This document shows, in pieces, positions 7,920 to 15,813 of a stretch of 32,000 bases of DNA. Under the pieces are notes generated by a model. That model made no database searches and was not told the origin of the DNA. It worked only from the letters and a program-made list of their open reading frames with translations. Where the stretch lies: positions 2,717,989-2,749,988 of the forward strand of contig NZ_AP024238.1 of NCBI RefSeq assembly GCF_019973615.1, given 5' to 3'. Made by a program: the position numbers and the translations under genes. Positions within the stretch are counted from its first letter, which is position 1; each line of letters begins with the position of its first letter. The stretch is from Rhodoferax lithotrophicus. GTDB lineage: Bacteria; Pseudomonadota; Gammaproteobacteria; Burkholderiales; Burkholderiaceae_C.

Positions 7920-9818
7920 ATGAAAAAAATCGCGGGTAATTCAAAAAGGTTGCCATGCTTCATGGCCATGCTTCTGAGCATCTTGGTCACCGCATGTGGC
8001 GGTGGCGGACAGTCACCCATATTGGGGGCTGGCAGCCTCAGCCCGGTGCCTGTCGTGCCGCTCACGGTCACGGCTGTTTCACCCTTGCCCAATACCTTGG
8101 GTGTGGCGATCAACACCCGAGTCCTGAGCGCTGCATTCAGCCAATCGATGAATCCCGCCACACTCAGCACCACCAGTTTCACCTTGGCTTGCCCGACCAC
8201 CACCCCCATCGCAGGTGCCGCAGTGAGTTATGTCGCCGCCAGCAAAATTGCCACATTGACCTTGCCGGTGGGTACGATGCTCCCTGTAAACACGGTGTGT
8301 ACTACAACGATCACCACCGCAGCCAAAAACAGCACGGGCTTGGCACTGGTCAGCAACTACATCTGGAGTTGGACCACCGCCTTGGCCACCGATACCACCG
8401 CACCCCGGGTCATCAGCACCGTGCACGCCAACAATGCCATCAATGTGCCCGTCAACACCCGCATTGATGCCACCTTCAGCGAAGCCCTCAACCCGCTGAC
8501 CCTGACCAATATCAATTTCTCGATGAAGCAAACCGTAAGCGGTGCGGCCGTTACGGGCACCACCAGTTATTCAGGGGTGGATGCCTTGTTCATCCCGCTG
8601 AATGCGCTGACTCCTGGCACCCAATACACCATGACACTCAAGGGCGGCGCAGGGGGGGTGGAGGATTTGGCAGCCAACCCGATGGCGGTGGACTATGTGT
8701 GGAGTTGGACAACCGTGGCAGCGGATGTCACCGCACCCCTGGTCACCCTGGTCAGCCCGGCCAACCTGGCCACCAATGTGGCCACCAGCACCGCAGTGAA
8801 TGCCACATTCAATGAAGCCATAGACCCCTTGACCATCAGCAATGCCAGCTTCACGCTGGCCGGTGTCACCGGTGTGGCAGGCAGTGTGAGCTTCAATGCA
8901 CTCACCAAGATCGCCACTTTCACGCCCAATGCCGCATTGACGGCAGGCACCATCTACACCGCCACTGTGACCACCGGCGTGACTGATCTGGCTGGCAACA
9001 ACTTGGCACTGAACAAGGTCTGGAGCTTCACCACGGCGGCGATTCCTATCGTGATACCGGTCATTGCCCTCAATACCGCCGCACCGTATGGCACTTTTGG
9101 CGGCACGGCGGGCATGACCAACACCGGCACCCTCACCCAAGTCAACGGTGACATTGGCACGATTGCCACCGGTACCTCCATGGTGACGGGTTTCCACGAC
9201 ACGCTGGGTGACATTTACACCGAAAGCCCGGCCAATATCGGTGCGGTGAACGGCAGGATTTACACCTGCACCAACGCCACCACCGGCCCCAACTCAGCCG
9301 TCTTCAGTGTCCCCAACTGCGCCATTGCCACCCAGGCCCGCCTGGATGCCCAAACCGCCTACCTGGCATTGGTGGCCAAACCGGTGGGTGGCGCAAGTCC
9401 GGCCCCGGGTGCCAACCTGGCTGGCTTGACCCTGTTGCCAGGAACCTATGTAGCCCCTGGCGGCTCGTTCATGATTCAAGGCGGCAACCTGACGCTGGAC
9501 GCGCAAGGTGATGCCAATGCCACCTGGGTGTTCCAGATGGCCACCACCCTCACCGTGGGCGGGCCTGGTGCGGCGTTTCCGCAAAGCATCATCCTGGCTG
9601 GCGGTGCCTTGCCGAAAAACGTGTTCTGGCAAGTGGGCAGCTTTGCCACCATCAACGCCGCCGGTGGCGGCACCATGGTGGGCACGATCATTTCGCAAGC
9701 GGGCACATCATTTTCAACTGCAGGCAACGTCAATATCGTGACACTGGAAGGCCGGGCCCTTTCTCTGGGAGCCTCGGTCACGCTGGTCGACACCGTCATC
9801 AACGTGCCAGCCCCCTAA
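7920..9818 (+). CDS. surface lipoprotein with three Ig-like (Big_5/SbsA-type) repeats and a C-terminal DUF3494 ice-binding-family beta-solenoid domain
   Basis: ATG 7920 lies 8 nt after GAGG. MKKIAGNSKRLPCFMAMLLSILVTAC is a type II signal peptide with lipobox VTAC, followed by a GGGG linker. Three tandem repeats follow. The C-terminal 250 aa carry DUF3494 hallmarks: GDIGT, helix ATQARLDAQTAYLAL, GLTLLPGTYV, LTLDAQGDANATWVFQ, GGALPKNVFWQVGS, GRALSLGASVTLVDTVINVP. Compare the Colwellia/Flavobacterium ice-binding proteins. Confidence 0.85.
   Translation: MKKIAGNSKRLPCFMAMLLSILVTACGGGGQSPILGAGSLSPVPVVPLTVTAVSPLPNTLGVAINTRVLSAAFSQSMNPATLSTTSFTLACPTTTPIAGAAVSYVAASKIATLTLPVGTMLPVNTVCTTTITTAAKNSTGLALVSNYIWSWTTALATDTTAPRVISTVHANNAINVPVNTRIDATFSEALNPLTLTNINFSMKQTVSGAAVTGTTSYSGVDALFIPLNALTPGTQYTMTLKGGAGGVEDLAANPMAVDYVWSWTTVAADVTAPLVTLVSPANLATNVATSTAVNATFNEAIDPLTISNASFTLAGVTGVAGSVSFNALTKIATFTPNAALTAGTIYTATVTTGVTDLAGNNLALNKVWSFTTAAIPIVIPVIALNTAAPYGTFGGTAGMTNTGTLTQVNGDIGTIATGTSMVTGFHDTLGDIYTESPANIGAVNGRIYTCTNATTGPNSAVFSVPNCAIATQARLDAQTAYLALVAKPVGGASPAPGANLAGLTLLPGTYVAPGGSFMIQGGNLTLDAQGDANATWVFQMATTLTVGGPGAAFPQSIILAGGALPKNVFWQVGSFATINAAGGGTMVGTIISQAGTSFSTAGNVNIVTLEGRALSLGASVTLVDTVINVPAP
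8061..9035 (+). repeat. three tandem ~105-codon coding repeats (Ig-like domains) inside the 7920-9818 CDS
   Basis: Units at 8061-8378, 8391-8714 and 8724-9035. Shared protein pattern: D.TAP.V......N....V...T.I.ATFSEA..P.T.......(L/M)...........WSWTT. DNA identity is visible: TGGAGTTGGACCACC at 8364 versus TGGAGTTGGACAACC at 8700, and GATACCACCGCACCCC at 8391 versus GATGTCACCGCACCCC at 8724. Confidence 0.8.
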
Positions 9819-9838
9819 ACCAACACCCGGAGTACGAC

Positions 9839-11017
9839 ATGACACGCACACATTGCAGACTTTTCAGCTTCGCAGGCCGTTTCAGCTTGCTCACACTGGC
9901 ACTCATGGCCAGCCCTTTCGCCATGGCAGACACCCCGTTCTGGTATGGCGGGGCCAATATCGGCCAGTCCCAAGCCACGATTGATGATGCCCGCATCGCC
10001 AGTGGGCTGCTCGCCAATGGTCTCACAGCGGGGCCGATCAACGACATTCACCGTGATCTTGGTTTCAAACTGTATGGAGGCTACCAGTTCAATAAAAACT
10101 TCGCCGTAGAAGGCGGCTACTTTGACCTGGGGCAGTTTGGCTTCAACACCAGCACCATCCCGCTGGGCACCTTAAGCGGCAACATCCGCCTCAAAGGGGT
10201 GAACCTGGACGCGGTGGGCATCCTGCCCATCACCGACAAGTTCTCGGCCTTTGGCCGCCTGGGGGTAACTCACATGCAAACCAATGATACGTTTGTGGGC
10301 ACAGGTGCGGTGAATGTACTCAACCCCAATCCAAGCTCGCGTGACACCAACCTGAAAGTGGGTCTGGGGCTGCAATATGCGCTGGCCCCGGCACTGATGC
10401 TGCGTGGTGAGATCGAGCGCTACCGCATAGATGACGCGGTAGGCAACAAGGGGGATGTGGACTTGGTGTCCGTTGGCTTGGTTTACCGTTTTGGCGCGCC
10501 AACACCCACCCCTGTGACCCGCGCTTACACTGCAGAACCGGTGGTGTTGGCCCAGGCCCCTGCGCCAGCGGTGGCGGTACCAGTTGAGGCCGCCCTGCCA
10601 CCACCTGTACCGCTTCCCCCTCCCATACCCTTGCCTGTCAAAGTCTCTTTTTCTGCGGATTCGCTGTTTGACTTTGACAATGCCGCAGTCAAGCCTGCCG
10701 GTCGTCTGGAGCTGGACAAGCTGGCAACCGATTTGCGTGGCGTGGACTTTGATGTGATCAACGTCACCGGACACACTGACCGCATTGGCTCACATGCCTA
10801 TAACCAAAAGCTTTCGACACGCCGCGCTGAGGCGGTCAACACCTACCTTGTGCAATCTGGCGGCATACCCGCGCACAAGATCAGTGCCAAGGGGGTCAAT
10901 GGCTCAGATCCGGTGACCAAGCCCGGCGACTGCCTGGGCAACAAGGCGACTCCGGCCTTGATTACATGCCTGCAACCTGATCGCCGGGTTGACATTGATG
11001 TATCTGGCAAACTCTAA
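9839..11017 (+). CDS. OmpA-family outer membrane protein (N-terminal beta-barrel, Pro-rich linker, C-terminal peptidoglycan-binding OmpA_C domain)
   Basis: 392 aa. GGAG lies 6 nt before the ATG, which is 20 nt after the upstream stop. Signal peptide ...LALMASPFAMA. Alternating aromatic beta-strands end in VGLVYRF. Linker PTPTPV...PPPVPLPPPIPLP. OmpA_C motif NVTGHTDRIGSHAYNQKLSTRRAEAV. Confidence 0.9.
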   Translation: MTRTHCRLFSFAGRFSLLTLALMASPFAMADTPFWYGGANIGQSQATIDDARIASGLLANGLTAGPINDIHRDLGFKLYGGYQFNKNFAVEGGYFDLGQFGFNTSTIPLGTLSGNIRLKGVNLDAVGILPITDKFSAFGRLGVTHMQTNDTFVGTGAVNVLNPNPSSRDTNLKVGLGLQYALAPALMLRGEIERYRIDDAVGNKGDVDLVSVGLVYRFGAPTPTPVTRAYTAEPVVLAQAPAPAVAVPVEAALPPPVPLPPPIPLPVKVSFSADSLFDFDNAAVKPAGRLELDKLATDLRGVDFDVINVTGHTDRIGSHAYNQKLSTRRAEAVNTYLVQSGGIPAHKISAKGVNGSDPVTKPGDCLGNKATPALITCLQPDRRVDIDVSGKL

Positions 11018-11034
11018 TCAGCATCCATGATCTC

Positions 11035-11060
11035 CTGAACACCATTTCAATGGTGTTCAG
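11035..11060 (+). terminator. strong hairpin after the OmpA-family gene (no U-tract)
   Basis: CTGAACACCAT-TTCA-ATGGTGTTCAG: a perfect 11-bp stem 17 nt after the stop. It is followed by CACAGGGG, so it is not a canonical intrinsic terminator. Confidence 0.4.
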
Positions 11061-11311
11061 CACAGGGGCAATGAGTGTCACCATTCTCGACGCAGAAAAG
11101 CCTATCGCTTTGATGCACCGTTACAAGCCGATGCGTCCCACACAATGGGGTAGATATCGGTTGCCCTGGCAAGAAGCAAAGTTGCTGCATAACGGCAAAC
11201 AGGCAGTCCGCATATTCAAACAAAACACATATCGGCATCGGTTGACAAGTTGGCTTCATCATGGTGCGCAATTTGCTTGCATTGAGTTAACACCCTCAGA
11301 TCAAGACAGAT

Positions 11312-13807
11312 ATGAATACCGCCAAACAAATTGTTGCACCTCGCATGCAAGCATTGCAAAAGTTGGAAAAGTCCCTCAAAAGGCTGGATTTGAGCTGGAA
11401 AGTCATCGAGACCACCGCACGAGTTGTCAGCCCACCGGAATCAGCGGCATTTATCTCAACGCTTGAACACACACGGGCTGCATTTAGCCACTTGGCAGCG
11501 GAAATGGTGGACCAAATTGCACACACTTATTTATCCAACTGCAATCATGATCTAACTTCACGAGCACAAGTGGCCATTGATATCCTGGTTCGTAATCTGT
11601 TTGAGCGGACCGCAGATGTGGGCTTTATTGCAACCGATGGCCCCTTGGTTCAATTTGTCCAGGCTCCAGACGAACAACTACGCACGCAACTGCACGCACG
11701 GTTAACTGAATATCGCAATAAATACACGGTATATGACGACATTTTGGTTCTAAATGCATCAGCACAGTTGTTGTTATCACTCAAACCCAACAACCGACAA
11801 GACATAGTGACACCTGCTTGGTGGTCTGAGGTTCTGTCCAAACAAGGATATGTAGAGTGTTATGGAAGAAGCGGCTTGTTTAACACTGCTGAGAATGTGC
11901 TGATCTATTCACATCGCATCGTGGCCGACGATGGATACCCGTGTGGTGTCGTGATTCTCAAATTTGATTTGCAGTCAGAGCTAATGTCCATTTTCAAGGC
12001 ATTGCAACATGAAAGTAGTGTCATTGCTGTGCTGGACGAACATAGCCGCGTGGTGACCAGCAGTGACACCGATTGCTTTGCTCCTCTTGAGACTGTTCGA
12101 CTGCCAAAGGCCAGACAGCAGTCCATCGCACAGACCATACATCACAAAGGTGTTGACTATCTTTTTTCACACTGTGGCACGCGTAGCTACCAAGGTTATA
12201 GCGGTCCAGGCTGGACAGCACTTGCACTTGTCAGATTGGATGAGGCATTTGAATCATCACGCAATAACACACTATCAACTCAGGGAAAAATACCTGACAC
12301 ATCAATCGAGATTGAGTTGGAACATGCTGAACTTCAACAAATCGTCGCTCGTGCCAGAACCATAGGAAATGATCTCAATCGAGTTATCTGGAACGGTAAG
12401 CTCAATGAGTCAGGTAACGTTCCTGGCTCTGCCCTCAGTCCGGTGTTTTCAGAGATAGGCCGAACCAGCAAGCAAACCATTGCAGCCTTTGATGCCGCTA
12501 TTTTGGAGTTAAAAAGTCTTTTGTTACTTGGAAAGCGCGTCGAATTGACTTCTCATGCCACATTGGCGGTGGATATCATGGATCGTAATCTGTACGAGCG
12601 GGCAAATGACTGCCGGTGGTGGGTGTTATCGGAAGAGTTGACTGATTTGCTCCAAACCCTGCAAGTTTCACCTTCAGACACCACCCTACAGCGGGCGAGT
12701 GAAATATTGGCTCACCTCAACAGCCTGTACACCGTATATCGCCGGGTAGCCTTGTTTGACCGTCAAGGACGCGTTGTGGCTGTCTCCAGAGACGCTCAGA
12801 GCCTTGCCGAGAATACTGAAATTCCTGCGGCCCTCTTGCAACGCACCTTTGCACTAAAGGGAACCCAAGCCTACACCGTTTCCAGCATGGTGCCACATGC
12901 ACTTGCCGATGGTGAAGCTACCTACCTGTACTGCGCCCCCATCCGCAAAATTGGCGAAGATCAACCTCTAGGAGGTGTTGCTCTGGCATTTAATTGCACC
13001 GATGAATTAACTGCCATGCTGAATGATTCGTTGCCTACTGGAGGCACCACGCTTGGGTTCTTTTTAAACCATGATGGTCGGGTACTGGCCAGCACTGATC
13101 TGGATATTGCGGTGGGAGATTGCCCTGACTTCTCCCCTAGCCTGTCGAAAATAGCTGGGGGATATACAGAAAAACCCTGGTGCATATGGAAAGGGAAAAC
13201 CTTTCTGGTGGGTTTCGCAAAGAGCAAAGGATATCGGGAGTTCAAAACCACTGATGGTTATCGGGACGACGTGCAATCGGTGATGCTCACGGCAGTCAAC
13301 CCCAGCCCGGCGTTAGAAGATGGCTTTGTACTGCCCCAACCGCACCTTGGCTTCTCCGAATCAAGTACACGTTACGGGGTTGTTCAATGTGGCTCGCTGT
13401 TGCTTGCTCTGGCAAGTACACATGTGGTTGCAGCGGTATCAGCCAGCAATATGTCCGCGCCTGTCATACAGTCGGATTCAATCGGTATGCTGAAATTTTC
13501 CATAAACGGGCATGTCGACATATTGCCGGTTTACGATACCTGCAAGTTGACAGGACAAGCACCAATTGCCAACCCAGAACAAGCTGTAGCCATAGTCCTG
13601 CGCAACAGAGGCAGGACAGCAGCACTGATCGTAGACCGGCTAATTGATGTGATTGAATGCGCCTCCACAGAGGCCCCACCCGGGGGAACTAACCCAGAGG
13701 CCCCCTGGATAAGCGGATTCATTCACGACAGTCGGCCACACACCGAAGCGGTGTTTGTTATAGACCCCAACAAGTTACCAATATTCCAAAGCGTGCAGAC
13801 ACCATAA
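11312..13807 (+). CDS. soluble multidomain protein: two tandem sensor-like (PAS/Cache-type) modules fused to a C-terminal CheW-like domain
   Basis: 831 aa with no hydrophobic helix or signal peptide. The C-terminal ~140 aa (nt 13367-13786) follow the CheW-domain pattern (RYGVVQCGSLLLAL...IGMLKFSINGHVDILPVYD...AVAIVLRNRGRTAALIVDRLIDVIE...AVFVIDPNKL). There is an internal duplication with the shared motifs AIDILVRNLFERTADVGF / AVDIMDRNLYERANDCRWW and YTVY. Confidence 0.8.
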   Translation: MNTAKQIVAPRMQALQKLEKSLKRLDLSWKVIETTARVVSPPESAAFISTLEHTRAAFSHLAAEMVDQIAHTYLSNCNHDLTSRAQVAIDILVRNLFERTADVGFIATDGPLVQFVQAPDEQLRTQLHARLTEYRNKYTVYDDILVLNASAQLLLSLKPNNRQDIVTPAWWSEVLSKQGYVECYGRSGLFNTAENVLIYSHRIVADDGYPCGVVILKFDLQSELMSIFKALQHESSVIAVLDEHSRVVTSSDTDCFAPLETVRLPKARQQSIAQTIHHKGVDYLFSHCGTRSYQGYSGPGWTALALVRLDEAFESSRNNTLSTQGKIPDTSIEIELEHAELQQIVARARTIGNDLNRVIWNGKLNESGNVPGSALSPVFSEIGRTSKQTIAAFDAAILELKSLLLLGKRVELTSHATLAVDIMDRNLYERANDCRWWVLSEELTDLLQTLQVSPSDTTLQRASEILAHLNSLYTVYRRVALFDRQGRVVAVSRDAQSLAENTEIPAALLQRTFALKGTQAYTVSSMVPHALADGEATYLYCAPIRKIGEDQPLGGVALAFNCTDELTAMLNDSLPTGGTTLGFFLNHDGRVLASTDLDIAVGDCPDFSPSLSKIAGGYTEKPWCIWKGKTFLVGFAKSKGYREFKTTDGYRDDVQSVMLTAVNPSPALEDGFVLPQPHLGFSESSTRYGVVQCGSLLLALASTHVVAAVSASNMSAPVIQSDSIGMLKFSINGHVDILPVYDTCKLTGQAPIANPEQAVAIVLRNRGRTAALIVDRLIDVIECASTEAPPGGTNPEAPWISGFIHDSRPHTEAVFVIDPNKLPIFQSVQTP

Positions 13808-13820
13808 CAAAACTACTCAT

Positions 13821-13838
13821 ACCGCAAGTTATGAACTC
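13821..13838 (+). repeat. left copy of an imperfect direct repeat flanking the low-GC 13.8-15.0 kb segment
   Basis: ACCGCAAGTT-ATGAACTC. Compare 15011-15034, ACCACAAGTT-catatg-ATGAACTC. Confidence 0.3.
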
Positions 13839-13928
13839 AAGAGTCCGATGAGGGCAGGAAATACCGGCGCTCTCAAATCCAAGTTCAACAGGCTTCTACA
13901 ATCAGCTATTCTCACAAATACATAGCGT

Positions 13929-14273
13929 ATGCAGCCATCAGTTACAACAAAAACTCAATGGACGAGCACCAACGGCGGCCTTTGGTACAGGTGGCGCGGT
14001 TACACCGTCCGATGGCTATTATTCGGAATCATTGTCCAGCTGTTCCAGCCTATTTCGAATGTTAATGAGCCATACTGGCAACAAAAATCAATTCAATTTA
14101 TTATTGGAATAATATTCGGCTCAGTCTGTGCATTCGTATTCACAATGGCTGAGAACAAGCTCAATAGACTTCGTTCAAATTGGAAATCCTGGATTTTGGT
14201 AACGGCCACTTGGTTAATTGTGAAGATATTGTTTGTCAGCGTCTTGGCTATAACTGGCAACACCAACGATTAG
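13929..14273 (+). CDS. small hypothetical membrane protein
   Basis: 114 aa with about three hydrophobic segments (WLLFGIIVQLF, IQFIIGIIFGSVCAFVFTMA, WILVTATWLIVKILFVSVLAITG). Low GC, no SD, no family recognised. Confidence 0.45.
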   Translation: MQPSVTTKTQWTSTNGGLWYRWRGYTVRWLLFGIIVQLFQPISNVNEPYWQQKSIQFIIGIIFGSVCAFVFTMAENKLNRLRSNWKSWILVTATWLIVKILFVSVLAITGNTND

Positions 14274-14397
14274 CGGTTAATAAGCTGGCCTAGAAAATGA
14301 GGATTGGCAAGAGGGGATACCAACTGTATTAACTTGGACCATGTCAAACTTCTTGATCCAAATTCAGCAGTGAGGTTCCACCCGAACTATCAGGCTC

Positions 14398-14940
14398 ATG
14401 TTCAGAAAGTGGATAAAGTCAGCTTCTATGAAAATAATCATCACGTTCTTGTTGTTTTTTATGGGTGGTGTCCTTAGTTTTGTTAATGCCAAGACACCAG
14501 GTGAAGTCGAAGTTGGCTCTGTATTACGTGAAGCACACATGCAGGGTTTGCTGGTGCCCAATCAGAAACTTTCTGCATTTCGAGGCAAACCAATGATCAT
14601 TAACGTTTGGGCAAGTTGGTGTGGTCCCTGCAAGCAAGAGATGGCATCGGTTCAACGGTTGGCAAAGCGCTACAACGGACGGCAATTTAATGTGATTGGT
14701 ATCTCAACTGACGACTACATTGACCGAGCCACTCTATTTTTGAAACAGAATGATGTCACCTTTCCCAATTTCATCGATAGTCAACTCTATTTGGAAAACA
14801 TGCTCGGCGCCGACCGCCTTCCTCTCACATTACTGATCGATGCGCAGGGCCGGGTACTTGCAAAGTTTATTGGAGCCAAGGAATGGGATAGTCCAGAATC
14901 GTTGGCCATGATCGCCAAAACCTTACACGTCAAGCTCTGA
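14398..14940 (+). CDS. periplasmic thiol:disulfide oxidoreductase, TlpA/ResA/redoxin family
   Basis: 180 aa. Signal peptide MKIIITFLLFFMGGVLSFVNA (an alternative start at ATG 14428 gives a cleaner n-region). Thioredoxin active site WCGPC encoded at 14617-14631. Redoxin-fold context: KPMIINVWASWCGPCKQEM...FNVIGIS. Confidence 0.85.
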   Translation: MFRKWIKSASMKIIITFLLFFMGGVLSFVNAKTPGEVEVGSVLREAHMQGLLVPNQKLSAFRGKPMIINVWASWCGPCKQEMASVQRLAKRYNGRQFNVIGISTDDYIDRATLFLKQNDVTFPNFIDSQLYLENMLGADRLPLTLLIDAQGRVLAKFIGAKEWDSPESLAMIAKTLHVKL

Positions 14941-15010
14941 ATTTTTCGAACATGGACCAGCATCGTCCATCGGCTACCCAAAATCCCCTAAATGGGGGAT
15001 ACCCAGTCAC

Positions 15011-15034
15011 ACCACAAGTTCATATGATGAACTC
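15011..15034 (+). repeat. right copy of the imperfect direct repeat (see 13821-13838)
   Basis: ACCACAAGTTCATATGATGAACTC. The last 8 nt are also the 5' arm of the putative terminator at 15027-15075. Confidence 0.3.
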
Positions 15035-15075
15035 TTATTGATCAGGTCTTGTGAGGTTTGGAGTTCATTTTTTTG
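15027..15075 (+). terminator. putative rho-independent terminator with a large loop
   Basis: ATGAACTC ... (26 nt) ... GAGTTCAT followed directly by T7 (15068-15075). Confidence 0.45.
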
Positions 15076-15190
15076 AAACTGTCTCTTGGGTCGGTAGAAA
15101 AATTACGTTGAACTTGATCAGAACGAATTAATGCTCGTCGAACACAAGTAGTTGTGTCACGTTGTTCTGCTATTTGCGGAAGGGGAATTT

Positions 15191-15565
15191 ATGTCTTATT
15201 CTGTTTCCTGGATTTCACACGGTTGCAACGTCACTTACTCAGATCGCGTTACGTTTGAAGAGTTTATGGGTTCAATATTGGCCATCCATGCCCATGAAAA
15301 CTATGATGTCATCAGTTACGTCATACATGACATGACAAATGTGGCTGAACTGGACTTTTCTGAAGTTGACATGACGCGGATTGTTGCGCATGAGTTGGGT
15401 GCCAGATTTACCAATCCGCATGTGCGTCCGGCCGTAGTTTCTACAAATACAACCATGGGCTCAATGACAAGAGCCTTCAATGAAATCACAAAGCTTGAAA
15501 TCGGTTTCTTCCCCACAGTTCGCGAAGCCAATGATTGGGTCAAAGGAACCCAGTCAACGGCTTGA
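15191..15565 (+). CDS. hypothetical protein (no family assigned; possibly a small alpha/beta STAS-like fold)
   Basis: 124 aa from ATG 15191, preceded by GGAAGGGG. The track ORF starts upstream at 15152 (GTG-type start). No TM segment and no motif recognised. Confidence 0.55.
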   Translation: MSYSVSWISHGCNVTYSDRVTFEEFMGSILAIHAHENYDVISYVIHDMTNVAELDFSEVDMTRIVAHELGARFTNPHVRPAVVSTNTTMGSMTRAFNEITKLEIGFFPTVREANDWVKGTQSTA

Positions 15566-15582
15566 AATATCTGCGGATGAAC

Positions 15583-15813
15583 TCACTGATGATCGAAAGT
15601 ACAAGATCCTGATCGACTCGCGTTGGGACATGAACCACACGGGCTTGGCATAACCTGTGCATTCCGCTCAGAAACTGCGGTCGTTGCAAACACAGACAAC
15701 AATTTTTCAAGCTTTCCTGAATGACATATTGGGCATTGCGGCGTTGTGTCAGAGCGAACCAGTGCTTCAAATTCATGTCCACAATCACCGCAGCTATATT
15801 CGTAAATTGGCAT
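15583..15813 (-). CDS. FmdB-family zinc-ribbon putative regulatory protein
   Basis: 76 aa. MPIYEYSCGDCGHEFE......CP.C matches the FmdB/CxxC_CxxC_SSSS signature, and there is a second Cys pair near the C-terminus. GGAG lies 5 nt before the ATG. Confidence 0.85.
   Translation of the reverse strand: MPIYEYSCGDCGHEFEALVRSDTTPQCPICHSGKLEKLLSVFATTAVSERNAQVMPSPCGSCPNASRSGSCTFDHQ

Noticed and set aside
7904-9802. Series of minus-strand and alternative plus-frame ORFs (for example 8571..9197, 8079..8531, 7955..8467, 9294..9698) within the ice-binding-like gene
   Set aside because: They are shadow frames created by the GC-rich, repeat-containing coding sequence. Only the 7920..9818 frame gives coherent domain architecture.
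10172-10774. 200-aa minus-strand ORF within the OmpA-family gene
   Set aside because: It is antisense to a gene with a signal peptide, barrel strands and an OmpA_C motif.
11050-11466. 138-aa plus-strand ORF upstream of and overlapping the CheW-fusion gene
   Set aside because: It starts inside the hairpin after the OmpA gene, overlaps the 831-aa ORF in another frame, and has no motif or SD.
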